Of a DNA stretch of 64,000 bases, positions 1 through 55,501 are shown piece by piece. The first letter of the stretch is position 1, and the number at the start of each line of letters is the position of its first letter. Where the stretch lies: the NCBI GenBank assembly GCA_964016885.1, contig OZ024747.1, positions 28,024,001-28,088,000 of the forward strand. The letters run 5' to 3'. The position numbers and the translations under genes were made by a program. Source of the DNA: Eledone cirrhosa. Its lineage: Eukaryota. The notes beneath the pieces were generated by a model. The model was not told the origin of the DNA, ran no database searches, and saw nothing but the letters and a program-made list of their open reading frames with translations.

Positions 1-376
<376 letters not shown>

Positions 377-811
377 GAGTATCAGTAGTTGAAATTGTGA
401 CATGTTTACAAAAACTGCCAAATTCTACATCAAAAACAAATGCAGAACCATAAACATTTTCAATATTTTCAGAGGAAGGACACCCTAAATAATTCTTGCT
501 GTGGTAGCATTCTTATTCTTTACATAAATCGAGAAACATTTTGGTTCCTCCTTCCTTTCCCTGCTTCTCTCTCTTAATTGATGAATTCCTGACATAATGA
601 TGTGACACATGTCATCATCATCATCATCATCATCATCATGTCATATATCTGTTTATGAAATGAAAACATTTGAAAATATTTTGTGACAGATGACCTTCTT
701 TGCAAACTTACAAACTTTGCTGCAAGTTTTTTTGTTTTTTTTCTGTGGGAGCATGCGGCATGCTGCATAGTATGTCATGTGACCAAAATGCACAGCAGAT
801 GCATCAAGACC

Positions 812-819
812 TATAAAAG
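812..819 (+). promoter_or_regulatory. TATA box of the vitellogenin-like gene
   Basis: TATAAAAG lies 59 nt upstream of a CACA-ATG start codon that opens a signal-peptide exon. This predicts a TSS near 842. Confidence 0.7.
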
Positions 820-870
820 CATGCAGCAACAACTCTGCAGTACGTCCACTGGTCATTCCTGGTCGTCACA

Positions 871-43179
<42,309 letters not shown>

Positions 43180-43356
43180 TGCTGAACAATATCGTTGCAT
43201 GTGATAGTTGTACATGACAGTTACACAAGACAACTGCACATAATATTGACAAAGTTACCAAAATACTTTTTACCATTTTGGTCTTTCATAGATTTCTCTC
43301 TTGAAATGGTTTACAAAGATCAACTATAAAACAAACATACAAAAAAAAAATAGAAC

Positions 43357-43390
43357 AATAAAAATATAATAAAATAATTTTTTTGGTGTG
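43357..43390 (+). terminator. Polyadenylation signals of the Vg-like gene
   Basis: AATAAA at 43357 and 43368, followed by a T/GT-rich tract (ttttttggtgtg). Confidence 0.55.
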
Positions 43391-43400
43391 CAACCTACTG

Positions 43401-43440
<40 letters not shown>

Positions 43441-43535
43441 GTCGTTGTTGTTGTTGTTACTAGGACACAACTGAGTTTTATTGATGGAACAAGTGAAATT
43501 TGGTTTCTTCATCAAATTGTATTGAAGCTGTTTGT

Positions 43536-43608
<73 letters not shown>

Positions 43609-46014
43609 AAAAAAAATCAGTGGATGTGAAAAAGGAAAAAGGAAAATAATGTTCAATCTGGTATGAGAGTTGATATATAAATTTGTGACCTTGTCATCAG
43701 GCACACGGACAGTCATAAATTTGATCTTTCTTCCACTCTGCACTACCATACACAATCTGGGGAGATGATCAAAATTGAACCTTATAACTTTAGGTATCTC
43801 CTTTTTTTCCATGTATGAACATAAACAAATAATATGTATATATTATTTTCCTGATGATTTCCTTTGAATGAAACAGTTCTAATCCTGTAGAAGCCATTTC
43901 TATATTAAATTTTTGTTTGATTCAATCAATGGAACTGCCTGTTCATGAAATTAATGAGTACATAATTGAGCTTTCCACAGACATGAGCACCATCAACATA
44001 GTTCTCAAGGAAATCAAGTGTCACATTATATGTGACGAGGTTAGCTCCTTAAATTACAAATACAAATCATTTTTGCTAGCTAAGTAGGCTGAAGTAAAGA
44101 AAAATAAAGTATTTTGTTCAAGAACATAATGTGCTACCATGTGCAGAAATCAAACTTATGACGATAAGATTGTGAACCTAGTACCCTAACCACTACACCA
44201 CATGTGATCACATATACATATATGGAAAAGCGAATGTAAAAATGATGATGATGGTAATGATGATGATACATGCATATATATATATGAAAGAATAGACCAA
44301 CACTGGGGTGAACTAAAGGGACAAAAAAAACCCGGCTCAGTACTATATGAACACGCCAGACAAAGACATGACGGTAATATAGACAACATAGAAATATCTA
44401 AGTATAAAAATGGCTCAACGGGTAGGCAAATCATAGAAGCAACTAAGATAGAATGAAGAAAACCAAAATTGAACAGAAAGAACAAATGGAATAACAACAA
44501 CCATACCCAAACAAACAATACTGACCTAAAGGAAATATAAATAAATAAATATATACACAAGTACAATAACAACAAACACATATAGACACACACTAGTGAA
44601 CAAAGATAGAACAACAGTAATACACCTCACATGTTGCTGTTATGGTGCCATTTTACCCCTGTAACCCTATTTGGTTTGTAAGACACCACTAAAGAACAAG
44701 ATTTAAGGAAGGAATACATAGAAAGGGACAGTTCCAAGTCCTACATGATTAGGTCTCTGATACAAAAGTAGCTAACCAAAGCATTTCTTTGAAAGGGATG
44801 AATGGCAAAGTTGACCTTGGCAAGATTTGAACTCGAACACAGAGAAAAGGAACAAACACTGCAAGACATTTTGTCATACACTATAACAATTCTACCAATG
44901 CTCTGCATACAAATTCTTGATTATAATTAAAATTGATTAAAAAACTTAGGCAAATGTATTTCATTAGTAATATTGGTACAGAAAGGGTTAATATAAAGGG
45001 TGTGGTTTGAGGGAGATGTAGTTGCTATTTCTAACAATCTGAACAGCTAGGTAAAGGCTCCGTTGTGTTGATAGTAGTGGCAATAAGTAACAACAGACTG
45101 CTAGAAGGTTAACTACGGAAGATACAGGTGAGAAAAAACTGAGGAATTAACAACAGATGCATGATGGCGATGATGGTGGACGGCAAGCGTGTTAAGAATA
45201 GAGGTTTAGGTGCGAGTGGTGGTGGTGGTGGTTGTGATGGCGGTAGTAAGTCAGCAGGTGGGTTAGCAATGGAAGCAGCTGCATCTATATTATTTTCAGC
45301 AACATCAACGGTGTTAACACCACCACCAAAAGCAACAGTGTCATTACCAATAGAACCAACACCAACAGCAGCACCGCCAACACCAACACCATCAACATCA
45401 ACACCAACACTATCACCGCTACCATCAGCACCTACACCGTTACTGTCATTATCAGCAACAATACCAACACTAACACTATCTCTACCTCCAACACCAACAC
45501 CATCACTAATACTATCAACATCAACACAACACTATCATCACCGGCATCTGCACCAACACCATAACTATCAGAACCAACACCACCATCATCTCCACCACAA
45601 CCAGCACCACACCAACACCAACACCATCAACACTAACATCAATACCAACATCACCTTAACAACTACTACTATCCCCCCCCCCCCCCCCTTACCACTGCCA
45701 CTACCCTCTTCACAACAACACTATCTCTGGAAGCAACAGCAACAGAGAGGCGCGGCGTCAGCCAGGAGAAAGAGTGGCTGGAATAAGCCAAAGGAAGAGA
45801 CGTTACCAACGCTGACATATCAACAGAGAGAATGACATACAGAAAGAGAGAGAGAGATAGGAAGAAATAAAGAAAAATATTAAGGATTAAGAAAAAGAAA
45901 CAGAAAGATATGAACAGAAAAGTTGAAAAAAAAGAGAAAGGGGTAAAGTTGATAGGAAAGAAAGATATACATAGAGAAAGATGGAGAGAGAGGGGGAGTT
46001 GAGAGGGATTAAAT

Positions 46015-46256
46015 GAACCAATCAGAGAGTAGTCCTGTGTGTATATATCGAGCAATTAACCAATCAGAGTGATTGTTGTTGTCAGCAACCCATCATTGAC
46101 AGTGTTTATCTTTTTGTCTGTCGCTCCGCAAAATGGTGGACTACTGTTATTATTGCTATTCATTGGCCTCTCTATCTTAGCTAAATTATTCACACAACAA
46201 CATTCAATAGATAGATATTTATTCAACTAAGGCTATGTTTTGAAACCTCTGTAAGT
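46015..46256 (+). promoter_or_regulatory. Putative TATA-less promoter and non-coding first exon, likely of AGBL5
   Basis: Two ACCAATCAGAG CCAAT boxes (about 46017 and 46059), a YY1-like CAAAATGG (about 46129), unique non-repeat sequence and a GTAAGT donor at 46251. Confidence 0.5.
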
Positions 46257-46433
46257 TAATACTTTATTTCTTATCAGTTATGTAGCCGTGTACCGTTATT
46301 TTCCCCTGTGTTTTCTGTTCGTCTTGTGTGTTCATTGTTGGCGGTATGGTTAAAATATTCGGATAGAAAAATATATTTTCACTACTATAACACATACATT
46401 ATACCCGCCCCCATATGTATATATACATATACA

Positions 46434-46575
46434 TATTATATTCTCATATATAATATATATACATTTTAACTGGTATCGCACATCTTCAGGAAAGTATAAT
46501 ATATATATTATACTTTCCTGAAGATGTGTGATACCAGTTAAAATGTATATATATTATATATATGAATATAATATA
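46434..46575. repeat. Near-perfect palindrome centred on a (TA)n run
   Basis: acattttaactggtatcgcacatcttcaggaaagtataat / attatactttcctgaagatgtgtgataccagttaaaatgt. Confidence 0.8.
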
Positions 46576-46979
46576 TATATATATATGCAAAGATACATGC
46601 ATATATTTATATACACCCTCACGTAGTTATACATACACACACTTCTGAACATTGATATTTTTTTTTAAACTTGGGAATTACCTTTCTAAGTTATTGTATA
46701 CGTTCAGAATAAGGCCCTCATATAGAGTCTTATCTCTGCAATGTTTTGAAAACGTAATCTTCAGGCTTTCTTCAGAATTCCAGACTGCATTGCCCAAATT
46801 ATTTAATGGCCTATATGTGTACGTAAATGCTTTTCTGACTCTTCCTTGATACTTTTCTTCCGTTCATACTTGCTCCCCTCTGGTGGGTAGCATTCTCACC
46901 TTTTCAACATGGACTAGCTCTAACAGGAATGTAGTTGAAGCCCTATTATAGTTGAGGGATGTAGTTGAAGCCTCGCCAT

Positions 46980-47550
46980 AGTGGAGGGAGCTGGATTTTT
47001 TTAAGTTCCTGGTGCCGAGCGGGATAAATTGAAGCAGAGAGTTTGGGTCAACTTGCGTTTAAGAGACACTTTTAACTTTCTTTTTAGTCAATTCTCATTG
47101 TGCCGCTTTCTGCGAATTTCAAATTCTCGGGGTACTGGGTTGATGATTTTTCCCGTGGCCTGCTCACTTTGGATGTGTTTCGCATCCCTATCGTGTCCAG
47201 AGTTGGAGCCAATGTCTGTAGGGGATTTAAATATTATTGGGGTAAATCCCTTGACTACAGGGATCTTCATGTATTATATTGCAATCTGAACGCTCTCCAT
47301 ACCGTTTGTGAGAACTGTGCCGCTGGCAATGTGGTACTTGTCATTGTTTTCGGCTTGCCTTACTGATGTATCAGGTGATATGCCTGCTGATGAGGGTACT
47401 AGGTTATTCCAGCATCTTAGTCATGCTACCACGCGGAACAATGCGTGTCTAACAGTGTGTCTAAAAAATTATTTTTTGTGGCATGTTTTCGCCCAATTTT
47501 CCCCATATAGTGTTTATTCGTATGTATTCTATTGAAATAAAATGATAAAA
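46980..47550 (+). mobile_element. Degenerate PLE 3' end (GIY-YIG C-terminal remnant plus pLTR with decayed hammerhead)
   Basis: Frameshifted RE..WI..LVPSGIN* motif at about 46985-47032, CTGATGA-GGGTA...TACC at about 47387-47430, AATAAA near 47536. Confidence 0.45.
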
Positions 47551-48529
47551 AGTAAAATTACAATCACCCACACACATATATGAACACATATATGCATACA
47601 CCTGTGTGTGTATATATATAAATATAAATATATATATATACACACACACACATATTTATTTTTATATACATATATTTATTTGTACATACATACAGTAACA
47701 CAAACATGCACACACTCACATATTCCACAGTTTCATCACTGTCTCTACTCCTCCACACTGATTCCCAGTTCCTGGAACTATTGGTTCGCTACCCAATATG
47801 TGTTAACAATCCACTTTCGGGATGGTGTGGTGAAGTGGACAGCTGAAAACGGATTTGTATGATCAGATCAGATCTTGAGCTAATGTCTGGTCCTCACCTA
47901 TATAGTGTCCACTGTTGCAATCACTAGTATAGCAACAAGCATTTTAAGGCCTGATTGCAGATCCCATAACAAATTTCATACACATCACAGGGTCCTTTTT
48001 GAGGCTGTTTTACAGCTGTATTCTCTGGATTCTGGGTGAACATCAACACATTTACAAGTACAATACACAGCATCTGTTTCACAGTGTGAAATTCATCCAT
48101 TGAGTAAAAGTGACTCCTCGAATGTCTGACCACAAGCTGAATGAAATAATGTTTTGTCCATGGGAACTTGTGGCTCAATCCTTCACCAAACCCTGTCCAA
48201 CCTGAATTTCCACAAGTCTCGCTAAAAAAAAATTACTGAACCATTTTGATACCAAACTACCTGAAACTGTCCCTGGTTTTATGATACAAGATTGTTTGTT
48301 TTAAAGTGTTTATAATTAAGAAAAAAAAACTCAATCATAATTTTATGTAAGAACCTTAAAGTTACGATCCAAGCCCCAATTTAATAATTAGTTAGTTACA
48401 TTACTAAATCCCTCCAAATTGTTTTATTTTCAAAATTATTTGAAAATTATAAGCAATGTCTTTCATTAGAAATATGGTAATGTCAAGGTTAAGAAAGGGA
48501 TTGATAGATTCTACTGCCTAGCTGATATA

Positions 48530-49070
48530 ATTAGCCGTGGAGAAGGGCGCTTAGAGAGCATTGTAGCTAGAATAAGGAAGGATGGAAGAAGTTTAGAGAA
48601 CTGCTAACAAGAAAAGGTTTCTTGGTGAGCTGTATTGATGTCTGCAAAGTGCCATGCTGCATGGTAGTGAGACATGGACAGTGAACGCAGAGGACATGCA
48701 GAGGCCAGAAAGAAATGGAGCAAGTATGCTTCGATGGATGTGCAATATTGTGTGAGAACAACAAAGCATAGATGAACTGAGGGAGAAACTGGGTATAACA
48801 GAAATCAGAAGTAGTGGGCAGGAGAGGAGAATGCATTGGTATGGACATGTGATGTGCATGGGTGAAGAAGTACCAAATAATCCCAGTGGAAGAAAATTGT
48901 AATATAGGAAAACCAAGGAAGACATGGATGGAAGTGGTGAGAGCTGATCTCAGATCGCTAAAGCTCACAGAGGAGATAACAAGGGAATGCAACAAGTGGG
49001 GGGATAATGTACTGAGAAAGAGCCATCCAACCCATGCAAGTGTGGAACAATGAATGTAAAATGATGACTG
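48530..49070 (+). mobile_element. Degenerate RTE LINE 3' fragment
   Basis: GWKKFRELL, MLHGSETW, WYGHV and GKPRKTW motifs, with an acccatgcaagtgtggaa tail. Confidence 0.75.
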
Positions 49071-49567
49071 TGGTGCATGTGTGTGTATGTTTACTGAGAA
49101 AGTGATTAAAAAAAATAAATACTGGGGTTGATATGATTGACTAAAAGGATAAACATTGAAAATAAATTGTGTGTATCCAGTTTAGAACAGGCACACCATA
49201 TCCCCATGTGTTGCAAGGGTTACTAAGAGGGTGGCAGCAAGAAAAGGCATCTGGCTGTAAAACTTGCCTAAGGTGTCACTCACTACACAATAAGATTGCA
49301 CCATAAGCTATATGGTTGCAAAGTAAACTTCTCAACTTCACTAAAAATTTAACTTCAAGAATATTCCAGCAACCAAGCTAGAAAAAGCTTTAGTCCCTAG
49401 TAACAAAGAAGGATTGAAATACATCATGCTGGTATTAAACTGTCACAGATATCAAGTGTGGAAAGTTATGTGGCCATATATATATATATATACTCATAAC
49501 TTTACACACACACATATGTAGTTGACAACTGAGAGAAAAGAGTAGTCAATACTGAAGTAGAGTTTAA

Positions 49568-49703
49568 ATATTCATTTTATTAAGGTTAAATAGTGAGTCT
49601 TGTTACTCTGGAGTTTTGCAAAGGGTCATCAGATGCCCCTGTGATAAGCAGGTAAAACTCCAGAATAACAAGGCTCACTATTTAGCCATAATAAAATGAA
49701 TAT
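49568..49703. mobile_element. Fold-back element related to 14775-14952, with decayed hammerheads
   Basis: Inverted arms share AAAACTCCAGA(G/A)TAACAAG(A/G)CTCACTATTTA..AATAAAATGAAT. Minus-strand CTGATGA at 49626-49632. Confidence 0.6.
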
Positions 49704-49899
49704 ATATATACTTACACACAGACACACACACTGTCATTGTGGTTGGCATTAGGAAGGGCATCCAGCCGTAGAAAACCAGCCAGAAACACCCCTATATGAG
49801 TGAGACATGGTCACCCGACCCAACTTGCCACTAAATGGAACCCATACTAACATGGAAGATAGACGTTAATCAATGATGAGGATTATATATATTTCAGAC

Positions 49900-51822
49900 A
49901 TGGATGACCAATATAATTCCGTCTCCCACACCTCCCTGCCCCTCCGACCCATCCATTCCACCCACCCAACTTCAGAGTTGGTACCATGAACGTAATTGAA
50001 AGGCTGCTCAAATGAGGTTGTAGAGATGCTTGAACGTAAGAAAGTTGATGTTTGTTGTGTTCAAGAGACTAGGTGGAGAGGTGGGTCTGCTAGATTCATT
50101 GTGGGTAAAAAACGATGCTATAAACTTTTCTGGGTAGGAAATGACAACGGACTGGGTGAAGTAGGAATTATGTTAGCTGAAAAATGGGTAGATAAGGTAA
50201 TTGACGTAAATAGAGTGAATGACAGAATAATTAAAATAAGACTAGTTCTGGTGGGCTCTTAGAAAACTAGGTGTAGATGAATGGCTTGTGAGAGCTATAC
50301 AAGCTATGTATAAAGAAACAGTTAGTAAGGTTAGAATTAACAGTGAATATAGTGAAGAATTTAGTGTAAAAGTTGGTGTTCATCAAGGCTCTGTCCTTAG
50401 CCCCCTCCTATTTATTATTGCCCTTCAGGCTATAACAGAGGAGTTTAAGACCGGCTGCCCATGGGAACTCCTATACACAGATGATCTCACTCTCATAGCT
50501 GAATCTATGGCTGAACTGGAGAAGAAATTCCAAACATGGAAGCATGGCCTAGAATCAAAAGGCCTTAAAGTTAACTTGGCTAAGACTAAAGTTCTAGTAT
50601 GTAGAAAGGAAAATAGGGCACAGGTACCCTCTGGGAAATTGCCATGCTCATTGTGTAGGAAAGGAGAAGGTAGAAATTCCATTTTATGTCCCAAATGCAA
50701 ACTATGGGTACATAAAAGATGTAGTGGGATCACAGGTAAACTATCTAAGAACATAGATTTTATATGTGGCCGATGCTCAGGTGCAATAAGTAGCAAGTGC
50801 CCACAGGATACTAGCTCCTTCTATTGCCCAGATGGTTCTATAGAATAGTGGACACTTTCCATTACCTAGGTGACAAAATCAGCAGTGGTGGAAGGTGCTC
50901 TGAAAGTACAGTAGCCAGAGTCAGAACAGGATGGAAAAAGTTCAGAGAACTTATACTGCTGTTGGCTACAAAAGGTTTCTCTCTAAAAATGAAAGGCAGA
51001 TTGTATGATGCCTGTATATGAACAGCAATGCTACATGGGCATTGTGTGCAGAGAACCTGCGCAGACTGGAAAGGAACGAAGCATGCATGCTCCGTTTGAT
51101 GTGTAATAAGTAATATATGTTAACAACAAAACATAAACGAACTAAGTGAGAAATTAGGAATAAGAGGGATCAGATGTTGTTTACATGAGAGAAGACTATG
51201 TTGGTATGGTCACGTGATGCGCATGAAAGACGACAGCTGTATAAAAAAGTGCAGGGCGATCAAAATTGATGGAAGTTACGGAGTAGGTAGACCCAGAAAA
51301 ACCTGGTACGATTTGATAAATTCCGACCTTACATACTTGCACCTCTCTAAGACAATGTCACTGGACTGAGATCTTTGGCGCCATGCAGTAATACCGAAGA
51401 CCCGCCTTGCCTATGTACAAAGCGAAACCTACAGTCGGTAGGCACCTCTTAACCAAATATACACCCCAATCCACTACCCCTACTCCATTCTCCCACTCCC
51501 GCCAACATCACCCTTTCTCTGTAAAGTTGGTACCACAACATCCAGTCCAAATAAATGAGATAATGAGATCGAGATCGTGTAGGTGTCACGACAAAAAAAC
51601 ACACAGTCCACGTTGTAATGTGGCCGTGTAGATAACACGGTAAAAAGTTCCCAGTCCACACTGTAAATGTGGTTGGTGTTAGGAAAGGCATCCAGCCATA
51701 GAAAACCTGCCAGATAGTCCTATACGAGCGAGACACGGTCACCCGACCAACCTTGCCTCAAATTGGGACAACTCCCATCTAACCCATGTTAGCGTGGAAG
51801 ATAGACGTTAAATGATGATGAT
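49900..51822 (+). mobile_element. Internally deleted RTE LINE (APE endonuclease start fused to mid-RT, Cys-rich finger, 3' tail)
   Basis: VCCVQETRW and GIMLAEKW (APE) joined at about 50260 to HQGSVLSPLLF and YTDD (RT). PHD-like Cys/His cluster, and a (GAT)n tail at about 51810. Confidence 0.85.
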
Positions 51823-52699
51823 ATAATTGTTTCTATTTTTGGCACAAGGCCAGCAATTACCCAGTGCATTACTGGTACTTTATTTTATCGACCCCCGTAA
51901 GGATGAAAGGCTAAGTTAACCTCGGCGGGATTTGAACTCAGAATGGCAAGGGCTGTAACTCTATGCGTCAAAGCATGGCGCCCGACCCTCTACCGATACT
52001 GCCAATCCACGATGATATAATGTGGCCAAATAACTATCTACACAAAATCCCTATATATATGGACTATGTATAGTGAAGGCAGATTAGTGGTTCGAGTGTT
52101 GGGCTTACAATCGTGAGGTTGTGAGTTCAATTCCTGGAGCAAAACACTATTTAATGTTGCTCCAGTTCACTTAGCTCTAGAAATGAGTTGCAACATCGCT
52201 GGTGCCAAACTGTATAGACCTTTCCCTTGGACATCATCAGTGGCGTGGAGAGGGAAGACTGTTGGTCTTCCACAATCAAACTTGCCCAGCCTTGTGCCTC
52301 AAGGGGGACTTTTTAGGGTGAATACCATGGTCATTTGTGACCGAAAGGGGTCTCTACTCTTTACCTGCTTTTATATGGGCTTTGTTATTATAGTCATAAT
52401 TGTTCAAAGATAGATATATTGGTAAATAAACATAGATAACTATAGATTGACAGTCAGACAGACTGCTAGATAGAGAGGTAGATATGTAGATGTATATAGA
52501 CAGGTTAGATAGATACCAAAACACATCAAAATAGAAATAGATGCCTGGACCAATTCCTTCAAAAAATTCCAGATACACCCATACAACCAGATATAGCTCT
52601 GAAAACAATATCTCCAAAACATGACAGGTGTGAATCATAATCTGAAAAAATTTGCCAAGTGGTGCTGTCATGTTCAATACTGGCTGAAACCTATCCAAG

Positions 52700-52737
<38 letters not shown>

Positions 52738-53233
52738 ATAATGATAAATCCAAATAGGGCTCAATAAGGATAAATATATATTAAATATATAAGAACCCTA
52801 GAGCAAATATTTATTATAAATAAACTTTAATCTGTTATTTTAATAAATAAATACAGTCCTATGTGAGCAAGACAACCACTCTTGCCTCAAGTGGGAAAAC
52901 CCCCGTCCAAACCCATGCAAGCGTGGAACAGGGACGTTAAACGATGATGATGATGACGGCGGCGGTGGTTGGATGGATGGATGGATGGATGGATGGATGG
53001 ATTTCTCACTCTTAGAACGGCTGATACTTAAATATAAGTATGTATACGTGCATACATATATGTATACAGACGTACAGTAGTGTGTATATACATGCATACA
53101 TATATATATGTACGTATGGGTTTACCGAACATTTATTATAATGCTCGGCTTGTTTGTAAACAAACAGCTCGAATTATTAGCCATACAGTGTTCGGCAACC
53201 ATCGTTGCCATTTTGTTCAACACTGACAAAGGA

Positions 53234-53276
53234 ACGATGAACTAGTTTCTAGCTTATTAGCTGTCATCAGCACCGT
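53234..53276 (-). ncRNA. Minimal type I hammerhead ribozyme (left arm)
   Basis: ACGGUG-CUGAUGA-C-AGCU-AAUA-AGCU-A-GAAA-CUAG-UU-CAUCGU: core intact, palindromic ACUAGU stem III, 6-bp stem I. Confidence 0.75.
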
Positions 53277-53407
53277 ATACCTTCCTGTCAGTTGATTGAA
53301 CGTTTGAAAGTATATACTTTCCTTATGCATATTAATGGCTGAGCAGCCAAATTAGGCTGCATAAGGAAATATACTTTCAAACGTTCAATCAACTGACAGG
53401 AAGGTAT

Positions 53408-53450
53408 ACGGTGCTGATAACAGCTAATAAGCTAGAAACTAGTTTATCGT
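53408..53450 (+). ncRNA. Mutated hammerhead copy (right arm; CUGAUAA, G8A)
   Basis: Mirror of 53234-53276 with a core substitution expected to inactivate it. Confidence 0.55.
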
Positions 53451-53900
53451 TCCTTTGTCAGTGTTGAACAAAATGGCAACGATGGTTGCCGAACACTGTA
53501 CGGCTAATAATTCGGGCTGTTTGTTTACAAACAAACCGAGCATTATAATAAATGTTCGGTAAACCCATATGTACATATATATATGTGTGCATGTATGTAT
53601 ATACATACTACTGTACGTCTGTATACATACTTATATTTATATATATATATATCTACACACACATATATCAGTGTGTGTGTATGTATATATATATATATAT
53701 ATCTACGCACATATCAGTATGTGTGTAGATATATATATATTTATGCTTTGTGTTATTGTAAAACTACTGTGATTGAAAACTTACCGATTGGATTAAACTC
53801 TGAACTGTCTCTTACCTATCTTGCTGTGGACTATAATATTGCATTGAGCTTTGAAATGTTTTTTGCCTTTATATGGTTGTATTATCAACTCATCTAAACT

Positions 53901-53957
<57 letters not shown>

Positions 53958-54183
53958 TTAGTTGGTTGTTGCAGTCAGGTTACGTAAGCCAAGTTTAGGA
54001 AGTTGGGTGGTTTGGGTTTGATTTACTGAATTTGGAGGGTGAGTACAATTTCGTTTGGCAAGAGTGTGGATACAGGTTGGCGTTCAGTTTAGGGTGTTTG
54101 CTACACACACACATAGGGTGCTCCAGCATGGCCTCAGCCGGATGGCTGGAACAGGTAAAAGAGTATACACACACCCATATACA

Positions 54184-55260
54184 CTAGCAGAGTAGCCCAT
54201 TGTTGCCAGGCAATTTTCACCATAGGATGCCTTTTTTTTTTTTTTTTAAAATCCATGTTAGACCATGTCTCTCCCATGCCTCAGCTCCCATTATTTATTG
54301 AGATGCAGATTTCACCAAAACTGATATTTTGTTTAACTGATTGATTGGATAAGAAGAATATGGAAAAAATAAAGCTAATTAAGAAATGCCACAAATAGTA
54401 AGGTAAAGGTGATTTATTAGGAGTGTAAGTATCCAGATTTATACATGAAAGGAATTCTGTTTTGTCTTCTTTCTTCAGTAAGGTCTTCTTTGATGGATAA
54501 GCCTCTTGATCAGGATGGAGCAATTTATCACTTCTTTTTTTGTTTGTCCATTTGGTGCATCGATGCAAAGATTTTTAGTTCCTACCCTTGAACATCCAAT
54601 GTGAGGTAGGGCTCTTCAAGCTGTTAACCAGCAGCTGAAAATGTTTGCCCTTGCGATTTGTTGATGGTCATGGCAAAACTAAGATTCACTGGAAATGGGA
54701 CATCAGTGGGAATCAGGAATTCTTGGAACGAACACATCTTCTCCTTTACCGCATCCTGTTGAAATGGTAGCTTGAATCATGTGTGGATACATTTTTTCAC
54801 AACCAATTGAGTGCTGTTGCATAGCCTTGCTGAGTCCAAATTCCTCAATTATGTAATAGATACTCCTTCTTTAAGGTCATGGACATGTGGAGGCATTCTT
54901 GATGGTTCTAAAACGTTGAGGAACTCAGTTGGGTTATTGACTGTTTCTGACTGTTTCACAACCATGTCAATAGAGCTTTGAAACCCTTGGAATTCCTTTT
55001 AACAGCTCTTGATTTATTAATTTCACTGTCACACTTTTTGGAGCCAATATAACCCTTTCACTGAGTGACTTGTGAACAGATTCTCAACATTAGGGAACAC
55101 TTTCTATGAGATCGGGTATGGATTTTACCCATCATGCCTATGAGACATCAATAGCTCCCTTGCTACCTACAGAAAGTCTACTGACCCCAAGCATTTGGAG
55201 ATTTTGTGTGAACTGCCCTGCCTATTCATCTCCACCAAGATATGCCCTGATGTCAGTAGA
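54184..55260 (-). mobile_element. Degenerate Helitron 3' remnant (PIF1-type helicase fragment and CTAG end)
   Basis: Minus strand has PTEFLN..PPH, GKGEDVFVPRIP and FAMTINKSQGQT, then a decayed GC hairpin followed by CTAG|T at 54187-54184. Confidence 0.75.
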
Positions 55261-55277
55261 GAGTTTGAAAACTTTGA

Positions 55278-55501
55278 TTAACCCTTTAGCATTTAAACCG
55301 GCCATATCCGACCAGAATTCTCTCACCTCTTTCTGTTTTAACCAGCTGTAATGGGCTGCTCATACTTATGTTAAGGTATTGTTCTCAAAATAAATAACAT
55401 CAAAATCTCATAGATTAGTTATTATGTGAGATAATTATGTAAGATAAAGCTGTTACCACAAAAATACAATAGTATATATAATGTAAATGCTAAAGGGTTA
55501 A
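55278..55501. mobile_element. piggyBac-type MITE
   Basis: 14-bp TIR CCCTTTAGCATTTA / TAAATGCTAAAGGG flanked by TTAA on both sides. Confidence 0.8.

Larger units (their letters stand above)
53001..53639. mobile_element. Large fold-back element (about 300-bp arms) with a hammerhead motif in each arm
   Basis: 53029-53330 and 53356-53639 are highly similar reverse complements. A second rearranged copy lies at 59304-59791. Confidence 0.85.

Noticed and set aside
45161-45835. 224-aa Pro/Thr/His-rich ORF, and a Gly/Val/Asp-rich open frame on the opposite strand
   Set aside because: Degenerate ACC/AAC/ATC trinucleotide low-complexity tract with shifting repeat phase, no recognisable domain and no convincing splice sites. 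It cannot be fully excluded without RNA data.
46516-46548. Possible hammerhead in the 46.5-kb palindrome (CTGAAGA...)
   Set aside because: No GAAA box or stem II can be formed. Kept only as a palindrome.
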